This document shows, one piece after another, positions 19,102 to 28,660 of a DNA stretch of 64,000 bases. This DNA comes from an uncultured Acidimicrobiales bacterium (GTDB lineage Bacteria; Actinomycetota; Acidimicrobiia; Acidimicrobiales; UBA10347). Position numbers and translations under genes: made by a program. Location of the stretch: positions 620,001 to 684,000 of the forward strand of contig CALSSD010000005.1 of the NCBI GenBank assembly GCA_943788915.1. The letters are read 5' to 3'. The first letter of the stretch is position 1. Each line of letters opens with the position of its first letter. The notes beneath the pieces were generated by a model. It made no database searches. It saw only the letters and a program-made list of their open reading frames with translations, and was not told the DNA's origin.

Positions 19102-19827
19102 GTGTGGCCGCATCACATCCTTGTTGGCGTCGGTGGCCACTCGATCTCGGTCGGATCCGATGACCCATCGGTGATCGAAGATCTCGAGCCATGGCGTATC
19201 GGCGAAGCTCGCGACGTCGTCGACTTCGGGTTGTGGCTGCACGTCGAGTACGAGCCTGAGAGCAGCGGCCCCAAGCAGCTTCATGCGCTTCGTCATGGCA
19301 GCGCCGACCTGACACGTAGCCGAGACAGCGCTTCGTTGAAGACTGCACTCTGGCAAGTTCTGGGTTCCTTCGAAGAGACCGAGCGGCCCGAAGAGCTACA
19401 AATTCGTTTGACGCCGGTTGTCAACGGATCATCGGCAGTGCTGATCCATCCGATGCGGCTAGAGATGGTGTCGGAAAGACAGCTGGAACGTTCCGGGCTG
19501 AAGGCAATGCACACGTTCTGGGCCAAGGCCGACCCTCGAACAGGTGAAGTGACCGTGTCACCTCCGCTCGGCTCGACCGCTGATCCCGCCCGGTTCAGCC
19601 TGGCCGGAATCATTTTTGGTGGCGATACGCGATCTCGGGCGCGCAACGTGTCATCGCTGATGATGTGCACCTATGCGCCCGACGACGTCGACCCGTCATG
19701 GATGCTTCGATCCACACTTACGCTTGCCGATTCGACACAAGTCGTGCGAGCGAACGACCGGCAAGAGATTGAATCAGCGCTTGCAGATCTGTCAGCCACC
19801 GCAGCTCTAGCTGCAGCGGGGTCCTGA
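19102..19827 (+). CDS. HprK-like fold protein lacking Walker A (putative pseudokinase); true start may be ATG 19038 if indels are present
   Basis: Segments appear collinear with the two neighbouring kinases (LQIRLTPVVNGSSAVLI vs IHAGAVKRDDRTAVI; ADPRTG vs IDPDRF) but there is no GxxGxGKS. Confidence 0.55.
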   Translation: MWPHHILVGVGGHSISVGSDDPSVIEDLEPWRIGEARDVVDFGLWLHVEYEPESSGPKQLHALRHGSADLTRSRDSASLKTALWQVLGSFEETERPEELQIRLTPVVNGSSAVLIHPMRLEMVSERQLERSGLKAMHTFWAKADPRTGEVTVSPPLGSTADPARFSLAGIIFGGDTRSRARNVSSLMMCTYAPDDVDPSWMLRSTLTLADSTQVVRANDRQEIESALADLSATAALAAAGS

Positions 19828-19832
19828 GCCGG

Positions 19833-20948
19833 TCAGGGGCTCTGGAGCAGGCCGAGTGATTCGAAGCCCTCGATACATGCTCGTCCCGCAGCGATGACGG
19901 CCGCGCTAGGCGAACCGGTTTCACGCACGACCTCGTTGACAGTGTCGTCGAGCGGGGTGCCGTCGAAGAGCAGCCACCACAACGTCTGTGTTTCATCGAG
20001 TTCGATCAGCCGATACGGCTCGGGGGTGTAGAGAACGGCTCGTCCGTCGATAATCACCGATCGGACATCGGTCATACGGGCCGGTCCCGGCCCTTGCCGT
20101 GGGTGGGGAACCAGAGACATCTTGCCAGGAGCGATATCCAGCTGATGTGCTTCAAGGACTGCTTGGGCGACATCAGCGGCGTCGCTGCCGGTGACCCGCA
20201 GACACTGAGCGCTACGAGCGAGGCCTGCTGCAACCAGCAGCGAGTCGGGCCCATGTAGTTCGCTGTCTTGGCTGTCAGCCAGGATTCGGTGGACCGCACT
20301 CGCCCGATGCAGCGGCTCAACACACGTTGGCTCTGACGGTGTGTAGGAATTGAAGGCAATGGTGGTGACGGGATAGTCGTCGTCAGGTGCAGCGGAACCG
20401 AACGAGCTCGCAGGGATCTCCCACGTCGTAGCGCCGTCTTCTGGGCTGAGCCCAGTCAGTCGCTTCACTTCATGAATACCGAACTTCTTCACGCTGATCG
20501 GTTTCGGGAATGTGGTTATGTGGAAACGGTCGGGATCAATTGCAACAGATTCGTCGGTTCGATAGTGGGCACCAGCTGCGACTAGCGCGCAGGTCAACGT
20601 CGACTTGCCTGACCCCGAGGGTGCGACCAGCAGAATCGACCGCCCATCGTGAACGACCGCCGCTGCATGCGTGTGCAGCTTGTCGGGGTGGGCGATAATT
20701 GTGGCGAGCGTCAATGTCGAGATCACATGCGCGGGGAACTCGTCGCGGCCGACCCACGGCTTCACATCGTCACCGTCGATGACAACACGCGCCCGCCCCT
20801 TCTCTACCTCGATGGTCCAAATGTGAGCGTCGGGAACTGTGGGCGTCGCGAGGTCAACGAAGAGTTCTTCCAACTCATCGACCTGTTCGGTATCGCCGCA
20901 CAGCTCGAAGACATAGTCGTGGCAGCGAAATTGTTTGGCTTCATTCAT
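19833..20948 (-). CDS. HprK-related P-loop kinase fused to a C-terminal PqqD/RRE domain
   Basis: HAAAVVHDG...APSGSGKSTL...YRTDE...FPKPI; C-terminal IDGRAVLY...IELDETQTLWWLLFDGTPLDD. Confidence 0.85.
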   Translation of the reverse strand: MNEAKQFRCHDYVFELCGDTEQVDELEELFVDLATPTVPDAHIWTIEVEKGRARVVIDGDDVKPWVGRDEFPAHVISTLTLATIIAHPDKLHTHAAAVVHDGRSILLVAPSGSGKSTLTCALVAAGAHYRTDESVAIDPDRFHITTFPKPISVKKFGIHEVKRLTGLSPEDGATTWEIPASSFGSAAPDDDYPVTTIAFNSYTPSEPTCVEPLHRASAVHRILADSQDSELHGPDSLLVAAGLARSAQCLRVTGSDAADVAQAVLEAHQLDIAPGKMSLVPHPRQGPGPARMTDVRSVIIDGRAVLYTPEPYRLIELDETQTLWWLLFDGTPLDDTVNEVVRETGSPSAAVIAAGRACIEGFESLGLLQSP

Positions 20949-20974
20949 GGGTCCCTGGGAATCGTCCACTGCGA

Positions 20975-22189
20975 CTAGGCCGCTACGGGACCGATGATGT
21001 CCGATGCCCACGACCCATGCATAATCTGACGAGCAGCTGAACGAACGGATGCGACATCGCTGCCGGTGGCATCTGCTACTTCTTCGACGAGCTGGTCGAC
21101 GGTGTGAGATTTATCGAGAAGCTGGAGCCAAATAGTGCTGGTCTCATCGAGTTCGACGACCGCGCCAGTGGGGTGTGCGTAGGTGACAGCAAGGTCGCCG
21201 ATCACCCAAGCTGAGCTGCCTTCGAGCATCGCGAAGGATTCACTGGTGTCAATATCGATTGCTGCAACTGGAGCCGTGCGAGACGGTCGTACATCACCCC
21301 GCAACGCCAGTGGCGCCGTTTCGGCCACGGTTGGAGGGTTATCGAGAAGCTGACTGACCATAGAGACCAAGTCTTCGGTTCTGCTGTATTCAATCTCAAT
21401 GTTCGGGACTGAAGCGACAAGCGAAACGATCGCATCGACCCCGTCATGTCCGCGAGTGCCAACGTCAGGACTGTCGCTGAGCAGCCTGGCAGCAGCATCT
21501 GCTGGCGTAACGCTCTGGCTTCGGAGGGCAGCATTTTCTCGATACGTGATGAAGATCACAATTGATGCCGATGTGAATGCTTGCGGCGCGCATGATCCGA
21601 TGCTCGAAGCCGGGATCTGCCATACGCTTCCGTTGCTTTCACCATGACCGGTTCGTTCGGGATCAAGATGGGCCAATGCTCGCATAGATCCCCCTATCAA
21701 TGAGATGGGCTTGGGAAAGCCAGCCACAGCATGCCCGTCTGCCGAGACCGTGAGACGCTCGTCGGTGATGTACCCGAACCCAGCTTCCACGAGAGCGACG
21801 ATTGCAGTTGACTTTCCCGATCCTGGAATTCCGGCGATGACGGCCGTCCGGTCATCTCGCTTGACTGCCCCAGCGTGGATATGAACAAGGGAGAACTCGG
21901 CGTCGAGCGCGGCACGAAGCAACATGCGAACGACTTCATCGGGAACATCTGAGTCATCAACAGCGTCGGCCCAAACCCGCCCATCCGAACGGAGCTGGTA
22001 CTTCCCAGACGTGTTGGTGATCAATTCGACGCAGCAGCGGCTCGCTCTGCTTCGCTGCACAACAAGATCTTTGAGGAGGGCGCATAGCCGATCTGCGATA
22101 TCGCCCTCAGCTATTACTTGTGGTTCGGTTGTTCCGGTCCATTCTCCTCGAAGCCACACCGTAGATTTGTGGCCAACTTCACGCTTCAC
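20975..22189 (-). CDS. Second HprK-related P-loop kinase-PqqD/RRE fusion
   Basis: HAGAV...GIPGSGKST...YITDE...FPKPI; C-terminal IGDLAVTY...VELDETSTIWLQLLD..TVDQL. Confidence 0.85.
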   Translation of the reverse strand: MKREVGHKSTVWLRGEWTGTTEPQVIAEGDIADRLCALLKDLVVQRSRASRCCVELITNTSGKYQLRSDGRVWADAVDDSDVPDEVVRMLLRAALDAEFSLVHIHAGAVKRDDRTAVIAGIPGSGKSTAIVALVEAGFGYITDERLTVSADGHAVAGFPKPISLIGGSMRALAHLDPERTGHGESNGSVWQIPASSIGSCAPQAFTSASIVIFITYRENAALRSQSVTPADAAARLLSDSPDVGTRGHDGVDAIVSLVASVPNIEIEYSRTEDLVSMVSQLLDNPPTVAETAPLALRGDVRPSRTAPVAAIDIDTSESFAMLEGSSAWVIGDLAVTYAHPTGAVVELDETSTIWLQLLDKSHTVDQLVEEVADATGSDVASVRSAARQIMHGSWASDIIGPVAA

Positions 22190-22266
22190 AGGTGACCAAG
22201 GTCACATCGAGATGCCACTCGACAGCATTCAGGCCGGAGTCGATGAAGCCGAATCGAAAAACTGCA

Positions 22267-22294
22267 TTGCAGCGTGCAAATCGCGGGCTACGAT
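22267..22294 (+). promoter_or_regulatory. Sigma-A-like promoter of tRNA-Arg
   Basis: TTGCAG-N16-TACGAT, 9 nt upstream of the tRNA. Confidence 0.55.
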
Positions 22295-22303
22295 CTTGTG
22301 CCT

Positions 22304-22377
22304 GCGCTTGTCGCCCAATTGGATAGAGCACCTGACTACGGATCAGGAGGTTGGGGGTTCGAGTCCCTCCAAGCGCG
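22304..22377 (+). tRNA. tRNA-Arg(ACG)
   Basis: GCGCTTGTCGCCCAATTGGATAGAGCA-CCTGA CT ACG GA TCAGG...GGTTCGAGTCC. Confidence 0.97.
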
Positions 22378-22383
22378 CAGAAC

Positions 22384-22411
22384 AAATCCCCCGCCACTGG
22401 CGGGGGATTTT
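22384..22411. terminator. Bidirectional terminator between tRNA-Arg and the desaturase
   Basis: AAATCCCCCGCCA C TGGCGGGGGATTT T. Confidence 0.75.
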
Positions 22412-22463
22412 CTGGTTTTGAGCTCGGCCCGCACTACTGCGGGCCGGTATCTTTTAGCCAGGT

Positions 22464-23387
22464 CTAGGCGACCGCAGTGGCCTTCGCTGAGGTGCGATTC
22501 TGGCGGGCTTCGAACTTCTCGGCACCCTTGATCAGCATCGGGCAGATCCCCATAATTTCATCGCGAGCTTGTTCGGCCTCAGGCGACAGATCCGTGATGT
22601 CCTCGATCTTCCAAAAACGAAGCAATGGTTCAACAATGTTCTCTGCGTGAATGCGCTGGTTGTAGATGCCGATGCGAGCCATCTGCAGAGCCCGGCGGCC
22701 GAAACCAGGGATCTTGGTACCCGGCATGTCGAAGTTCTGCAGCACCCGATTTAGCGCCGGAAGCACCACATTGGGAGCCTGAGCCAACATCTCGGTCGTG
22801 ACACCCCGGTAGAACAAGAAATGATGGTTCTCGTCGCGAGCGATCTTGGCCATGAGCGCATGTGCTGTTTCGCAGTCGGACTTGACGCCCGTATTGCGGT
22901 GACTGATGCGAGTCGCGAGTTCTTGCGCCGAGGTGTAACAGAACATATCCACGACCGTCGCAAAGCCTGGATCCCAACCACCCTCGACGGTGGCCATACG
23001 GTCATCTTCGAGGAGTTTGGGATCACAGTTGCGGCTAGTCAAAAGATAGGAACGCATGGCAAGGGCATGCTGGCCTTCTTCAGCGGTCCACAACCGCGAC
23101 CACCTCTTCATGATCGAATCTTCGTCGAAGTAGGTACCGAACAACGATGTGTAATACGGAAGATTGTCTTCGGTCAACAGGTTCAGCACAAAAGCGGTAC
23201 GCACTTCAGGCGACAAGGTCGACTCGGACTCATCCCACGGCTTGTCCTTGAAACTGGCGCCCTTTTCCCAATCGATAAAATCGTGGAAATACCAGTGCTC
23301 GCGGCGCTCACGGTGTTCAGCCATGAGGGATTCCATGGTCGATTCAACACTCTTGACAAGCTCAATGGCTTCAGCATTCGCAGACAC
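22464..23387 (-). CDS. desA: Acyl-ACP desaturase (DesA1-like, di-iron)
   Basis: NLLTEDNLPYY, WTAEEGQH, QELATRISH and DENHH motifs. Confidence 0.92.
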   Translation of the reverse strand: MSANAEAIELVKSVESTMESLMAEHRERREHWYFHDFIDWEKGASFKDKPWDESESTLSPEVRTAFVLNLLTEDNLPYYTSLFGTYFDEDSIMKRWSRLWTAEEGQHALAMRSYLLTSRNCDPKLLEDDRMATVEGGWDPGFATVVDMFCYTSAQELATRISHRNTGVKSDCETAHALMAKIARDENHHFLFYRGVTTEMLAQAPNVVLPALNRVLQNFDMPGTKIPGFGRRALQMARIGIYNQRIHAENIVEPLLRFWKIEDITDLSPEAEQARDEIMGICPMLIKGAEKFEARQNRTSAKATAVA

Positions 23388-23534
23388 GGCGTGTCTTTCT
23401 CTCGGAGACTCAGTCGCGTTCGGCGGAACGCACAACCCATTAGACAATACAATTCGGCAAGTCGTTACTAGTAAGCGCAAGATTCTTCGTCACATCATCA
23501 CGGCCGATCTGACATGCGCACGTAGCCTTCGCTG

Positions 23535-24454
23535 GTGTCTACTCGTGCTGCGCCCGTCGCACCGGCCCCAGCGGCAACCACCGAACTAAGCAGAGGGCTG
23601 CTTGCTGCCGCCGTCGCAGTGACCGCGTGGGGAGCAAGCAGCGTTATCGCCAAAGTCCTACCTCAGGGCGCACTCGCCATTGCCGCCTACCGATTTATGA
23701 CCTACTTCGTGGTCATCAGCATCTGGCGAGCGACCCGACGCCAGTACCTGTCCTGGGGCGCGTTCAAGAAATCGATCCCCGGTGGGCTGCTTCTTGCGGC
23801 AGACGTGGCCTTCTTCTTCACCGCCATCAAACTCACCACCGTGGTCAACGCCACCATCATCGGCGCGCTCCAACCGCTCATCCTCACCGCGTACGGCGTG
23901 CGATTCCTGGGCGAACGGTTACGACGGGCAGACATGATCCTGGGCCTGGTCGCCCTGGCCGGTGTTGTCGTCATCGTGCTCGCTGGCAGCAACAGCGGCG
24001 ACGCCAACATCTGGGGGGACCTGGCCGCTGTTGGCGCATTGGCGTCATGGTCGGCCTATTTCGTGTTCGCCAAACGAGCCGACGGTGTCGTGAGCCCCAC
24101 CGACTACACACTTGCTGCAGCACTCATCGTGGCGCTCGCCAACGCACCGCTGGCACTGGCATTTGGCCAGTCATTGGCATGGCCAGCATGGAGCGACTGG
24201 TTGTGGCTGATTGGCATGGCGTTGGGCGCAGGGTTACTCGGCCACAACATGATGAACTGGTCGATCGTCCGCATCCCGTTGTGGCTCGGCAGCACCATGA
24301 CCTTGCTGGTTCCCCTGGTGTCGTCGGCAATCGCCTGGATCTTCCTCGACGAACCGCTCAACCCAACCCAGATCATTGCCATGGTCGTTGCGTTAGCAGC
24401 CATTGGGAAACTGGTTCGAGCACAATCAGCCCCTCGCCCCGACAGCACTATTTC

Positions 24455-24458
<4 letters not shown>
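23535..24458 (+). CDS. DMT/EamA family transporter
   Basis: About 10 TM segments in two EamA repeats; FLGE and FLDEPL. Confidence 0.88.
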
Positions 24459-25612
<1,154 letters not shown>

Positions 25613-25716
25613 GCACCCACCTGGTTCCCTGCGCCGTATGACCCGTTTCGGCACTCGTGTGTTCCGGCTGACAAAAATGAGTATCAACCGGGTGAAGCTC
25701 AGCGACGTGACATAAC

Positions 25717-26730
25717 GTGCACACGGTGACCCCAGCGGCGCTCAATCGAGCCAAACTCCTCGTCGAACCAGCACTGCGGGCCGCGGTCGATTCGCTTGAT
25801 GAAAACCTTCGCTTGCCAGTGACCTATCACCTTGGCTGGACGGACCAGGATGGCAATCCTTCCGACGCAGGGAGCGGCAAAGGGGTGCGATCGGCTCTGG
25901 CGATGCTCGGAACAGAAGCAGTGCACGGGCTGCCAAACGCCGCAATTTCCGGTGGAGTAGCCGTGGAACTCATCCACAACTTCTCGCTGATCCACGACGA
26001 CATCATGGACAACGACCGCACCCGGCGCCATCGGGCAACGGTGTGGGATGTGTTCGGCGTCGGCGAAGGCATCGTTGTTGGCGACGCCATGCATGCACTG
26101 GCATTCGAAGTACTTCTCGACGATGACCGCACTCCCCACGGCGCAGCCGCAACCCGACGTCTGGTCAAGGCGACCTCGGCCATGATTGCTGGCCAAGCAC
26201 AAGATGTTGCGCTCGACCGGGGCGACACCGCGACCCTCGACGAATGCATCGCCATGGAGGCAAACAAGACCGGTGCGCTGCTGGCACAATCGACCGCCAT
26301 CGGCGCAGTGCTCGGCGGAGGCAGCGATGCCCAAGTCGGCGCACTCGAACACTTCGGGATGACGCTCGGCATCGCGTTCCAAGCCGTCGACGATGTTCTG
26401 GGCATTTGGGGTGATGCAGCCGCCACCGGCAAACCGGTTGGCAACGATCTACGCGAGCAGAAGAAGTCAATGCCCATCGCCATCGCGTTTGATCGAGGCG
26501 GCACTATCGGCGACGCAGTCCGCGCCGCATTCACCGAACCCATGAACGACCAACAGATTCAATCACTCGCCGCTCAGCTCGAATCCGCTGGCATCCGCGA
26601 CCAAGTACAAACCATCGCTCGTGACTATCTCGACCAGGCAATCGCCACCCTCGATACCGTCGAACTCGCTCCAGCGGCCAAAACCGAACTCATCGAACTC
26701 GCCAACTTCATCTGGGAACGCGACAATTAG
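25717..26730 (+). CDS. Polyprenyl (GGPP-type) diphosphate synthase
   Basis: GKGVR, SLIHDDIMD..RR, KTGAL, FQAVDDVLG and GKPVGNDL motifs. Confidence 0.92.
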   Translation: MHTVTPAALNRAKLLVEPALRAAVDSLDENLRLPVTYHLGWTDQDGNPSDAGSGKGVRSALAMLGTEAVHGLPNAAISGGVAVELIHNFSLIHDDIMDNDRTRRHRATVWDVFGVGEGIVVGDAMHALAFEVLLDDDRTPHGAAATRRLVKATSAMIAGQAQDVALDRGDTATLDECIAMEANKTGALLAQSTAIGAVLGGGSDAQVGALEHFGMTLGIAFQAVDDVLGIWGDAAATGKPVGNDLREQKKSMPIAIAFDRGGTIGDAVRAAFTEPMNDQQIQSLAAQLESAGIRDQVQTIARDYLDQAIATLDTVELAPAAKTELIELANFIWERDN

Positions 26731-26747
26731 ATTTTGTTTGCTTGCTT

Positions 26748-26898
26748 CTGAGTTACTCCGCTCCGCTCAGGGCCGACGTTCGTCGGACATGGTTCCACCT
26801 GATGCTGGTCGCCTCCTCCGTCGTCTCCTCCCGCTCGTCCCTCGCTCCTACCTGAGTTACTCCGCTCCGCTCAGGGCCGACGTTCGTCGGACATGGTT
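26748..26898. repeat. Two identical 47-bp direct repeats (26748-26794 and 26852-26898), each with two hairpins; REP-like
   Basis: CTGAGTTACTCCGCTCCGCTCAGGGCCGACGTTCGTCGGACATGGTT x2, with a 57-bp pyrimidine-rich spacer. Confidence 0.9.
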
Positions 26899-26922
26899 GC
26901 TTCTGTTCGCCCGCTGCACGTC

Positions 26923-26982
26923 GAAACGCTGACGAAACACTGCAGAAGCAGAGCGTTCATTCGGCGGGAACATCGATGAAAT
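26923..26982 (+). promoter_or_regulatory. GlnR-box-like array upstream of amtB
   Basis: GAAAC-n6-GAAAC-n6-GAAGC-n6-TTCAT-n6-GGAAC-n6-GAAAT, then TAGCTT -10 at 26993. Confidence 0.65.
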
Positions 26983-27049
26983 AGTGCGTTCCTAGCTTGG
27001 CCTTCACGCAACGACCACGCACAAGGCGTCGGTCACGGGAGGTAACAAA

Positions 27050-28456
27050 ATGAAACGTAAGTTCTTAATCACCGCTATTGGCGCAGTGATGTTCGGGCTA
27101 CTGCCATCTGCTCCGGCAATGGCACAAGAAATGTCCGAGGCCGAATTGGTCCAGGCAACACTCGACAACATCTGGGTATTCATTGCCGGCATCTTGGTCT
27201 TCTTGATGCAAGCCGGTTTCGGTCTTGTCGAGGCCGGTCTGACACGAGCCAAAAACGTGGCCAACATCATGGCCAAGAACATGGCCGATATGTGCATCGG
27301 AGCCTTGGCCTTCTGGGCCGTGGGTTACGGCATTGCCTTCGGCGACGGCAAATGGATCGGAAGCGACAGCTTCTTCCTCAGCGGCTTCGGCGACGGCAGC
27401 TTCGATGGCGGCTACTCCGGCTACACACCGTTCTTCTTCCAGGTGGTCTTCGCCGCAGCAGCAGTAACGATTGCTTCAGGAGCGATGGCAGGGCGCACCA
27501 AGATCACGGGTTACCTCATCTTCAGCGCAGTGATGACGGCATTCATCTACCCCGTTGTTGTCCACATGTTCTGGCAGGGCGACGGCATCTTGAACCGCAT
27601 CACCGTTGGTGACGCAGCTTTCAGCGACTTCGCAGGTTCGTCAATCGTTCACTCAGCCGGAGGCTGGGCCGCCTTGATGGGCGCCTACTTCCTCGGACCT
27701 CGTATTGGTAAATACGGCGACGACGGCAAACCACGAGCAATCCCTGGCCACAACATCGCCTTCACCGTGATTGGTGTCTTCGTTCTGTGGTTCGGCTGGT
27801 TCGGCTTCAACGCAGGTTCCGAACTTGCTGCAGACAACGCCGTCATCCGAGTCGGTGTCACCACGATGATGGCAGCGGCAGCCGGTGGTTTCATGGCCGG
27901 ACTGGTCATGTGGATGAAGGTTGGCTTCTTGGATGTCGCCATGACCGCCAACGGCATTCTTGCTGGTCTCGTCTCGATCACCGCTGGTACGGGAACGATG
28001 ACACCATTTGGTGCTGTGATGACCGGAGCGATTGGCGGTGTGATCGTGGTCTTCAGCGTCTTGTTCTTTGATCGCATCCGTATCGACGATCCAGTCGGCG
28101 CCGTCTCGGTTCACGGAATCTGCGGTGTGTGGGGCACGCTCGCAATCGGCCTGTTCGCCAAGTGGGATGATGCCTTCCTAGGCCGAGAGGACGCTGGCCT
28201 GTTCTATGGCGGCGGCGTCTCCCAGCTTGTCATGCAACTTATCGGTGTCGTGATCGTCGCCGCCTGGGTGCTCTCGACAACCGGCCTGCTGTTCTTCGTA
28301 CTCAAGAAGACCAACATGCTCCGGGTCACCGCCGAGGAAGAAATTGCTGGCCTTGACGTAAGCGAACACGGTTCGGCTGGCTATGGCCTTGAGACTGCCT
28401 TTGCTGGCAGCTTCACTGGCAGCCCAACTGCGGTCAAACGTCCGCAAGAAAGCTAA
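27050..28456 (+). CDS. amtB: Ammonium transporter
   Basis: MQAGF, DFAGSSIVH, WFGWFGFNAGS and DDPVGAVSVHG motifs; signal peptide; GGAGG RBS. Confidence 0.96.
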   Translation: MKRKFLITAIGAVMFGLLPSAPAMAQEMSEAELVQATLDNIWVFIAGILVFLMQAGFGLVEAGLTRAKNVANIMAKNMADMCIGALAFWAVGYGIAFGDGKWIGSDSFFLSGFGDGSFDGGYSGYTPFFFQVVFAAAAVTIASGAMAGRTKITGYLIFSAVMTAFIYPVVVHMFWQGDGILNRITVGDAAFSDFAGSSIVHSAGGWAALMGAYFLGPRIGKYGDDGKPRAIPGHNIAFTVIGVFVLWFGWFGFNAGSELAADNAVIRVGVTTMMAAAAGGFMAGLVMWMKVGFLDVAMTANGILAGLVSITAGTGTMTPFGAVMTGAIGGVIVVFSVLFFDRIRIDDPVGAVSVHGICGVWGTLAIGLFAKWDDAFLGREDAGLFYGGGVSQLVMQLIGVVIVAAWVLSTTGLLFFVLKKTNMLRVTAEEEIAGLDVSEHGSAGYGLETAFAGSFTGSPTAVKRPQES

Positions 28457-28467
28457 CCACGACTTCT

Positions 28468-28515
28468 TCTCCTGCCGGCGTCAAATGCCTCCCAAGCGTG
28501 GGCGCCGGCAGGAGA
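28468..28515 (+). terminator. Hairpin after amtB
   Basis: TCTCCTGCCGGCG...CGCCGGCAGGAGA 13-bp stem. Confidence 0.65.
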
Positions 28516-28660
28516 TTACAGATCCGCCGACCGAGTCTGGTTGTTCCCAAACCAGACTCGGTCGGCAGCGTCGCGTCTCGACTCCCGGTGGCACGGGGAC
28601 CGCAACGATGTCCGACATGTTGGTGTGCACCGAACCGAGGTGCGGCGCAATACTGTCCAG

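Noticed and set aside
18441..22377. Active integrative element at the tRNAs
   Set aside because: No integrase or transposase and no att-like direct repeat found
26748..26898. CRISPR array
   Set aside because: Only two repeats, a 57-bp low-complexity spacer and no cas genes in the window
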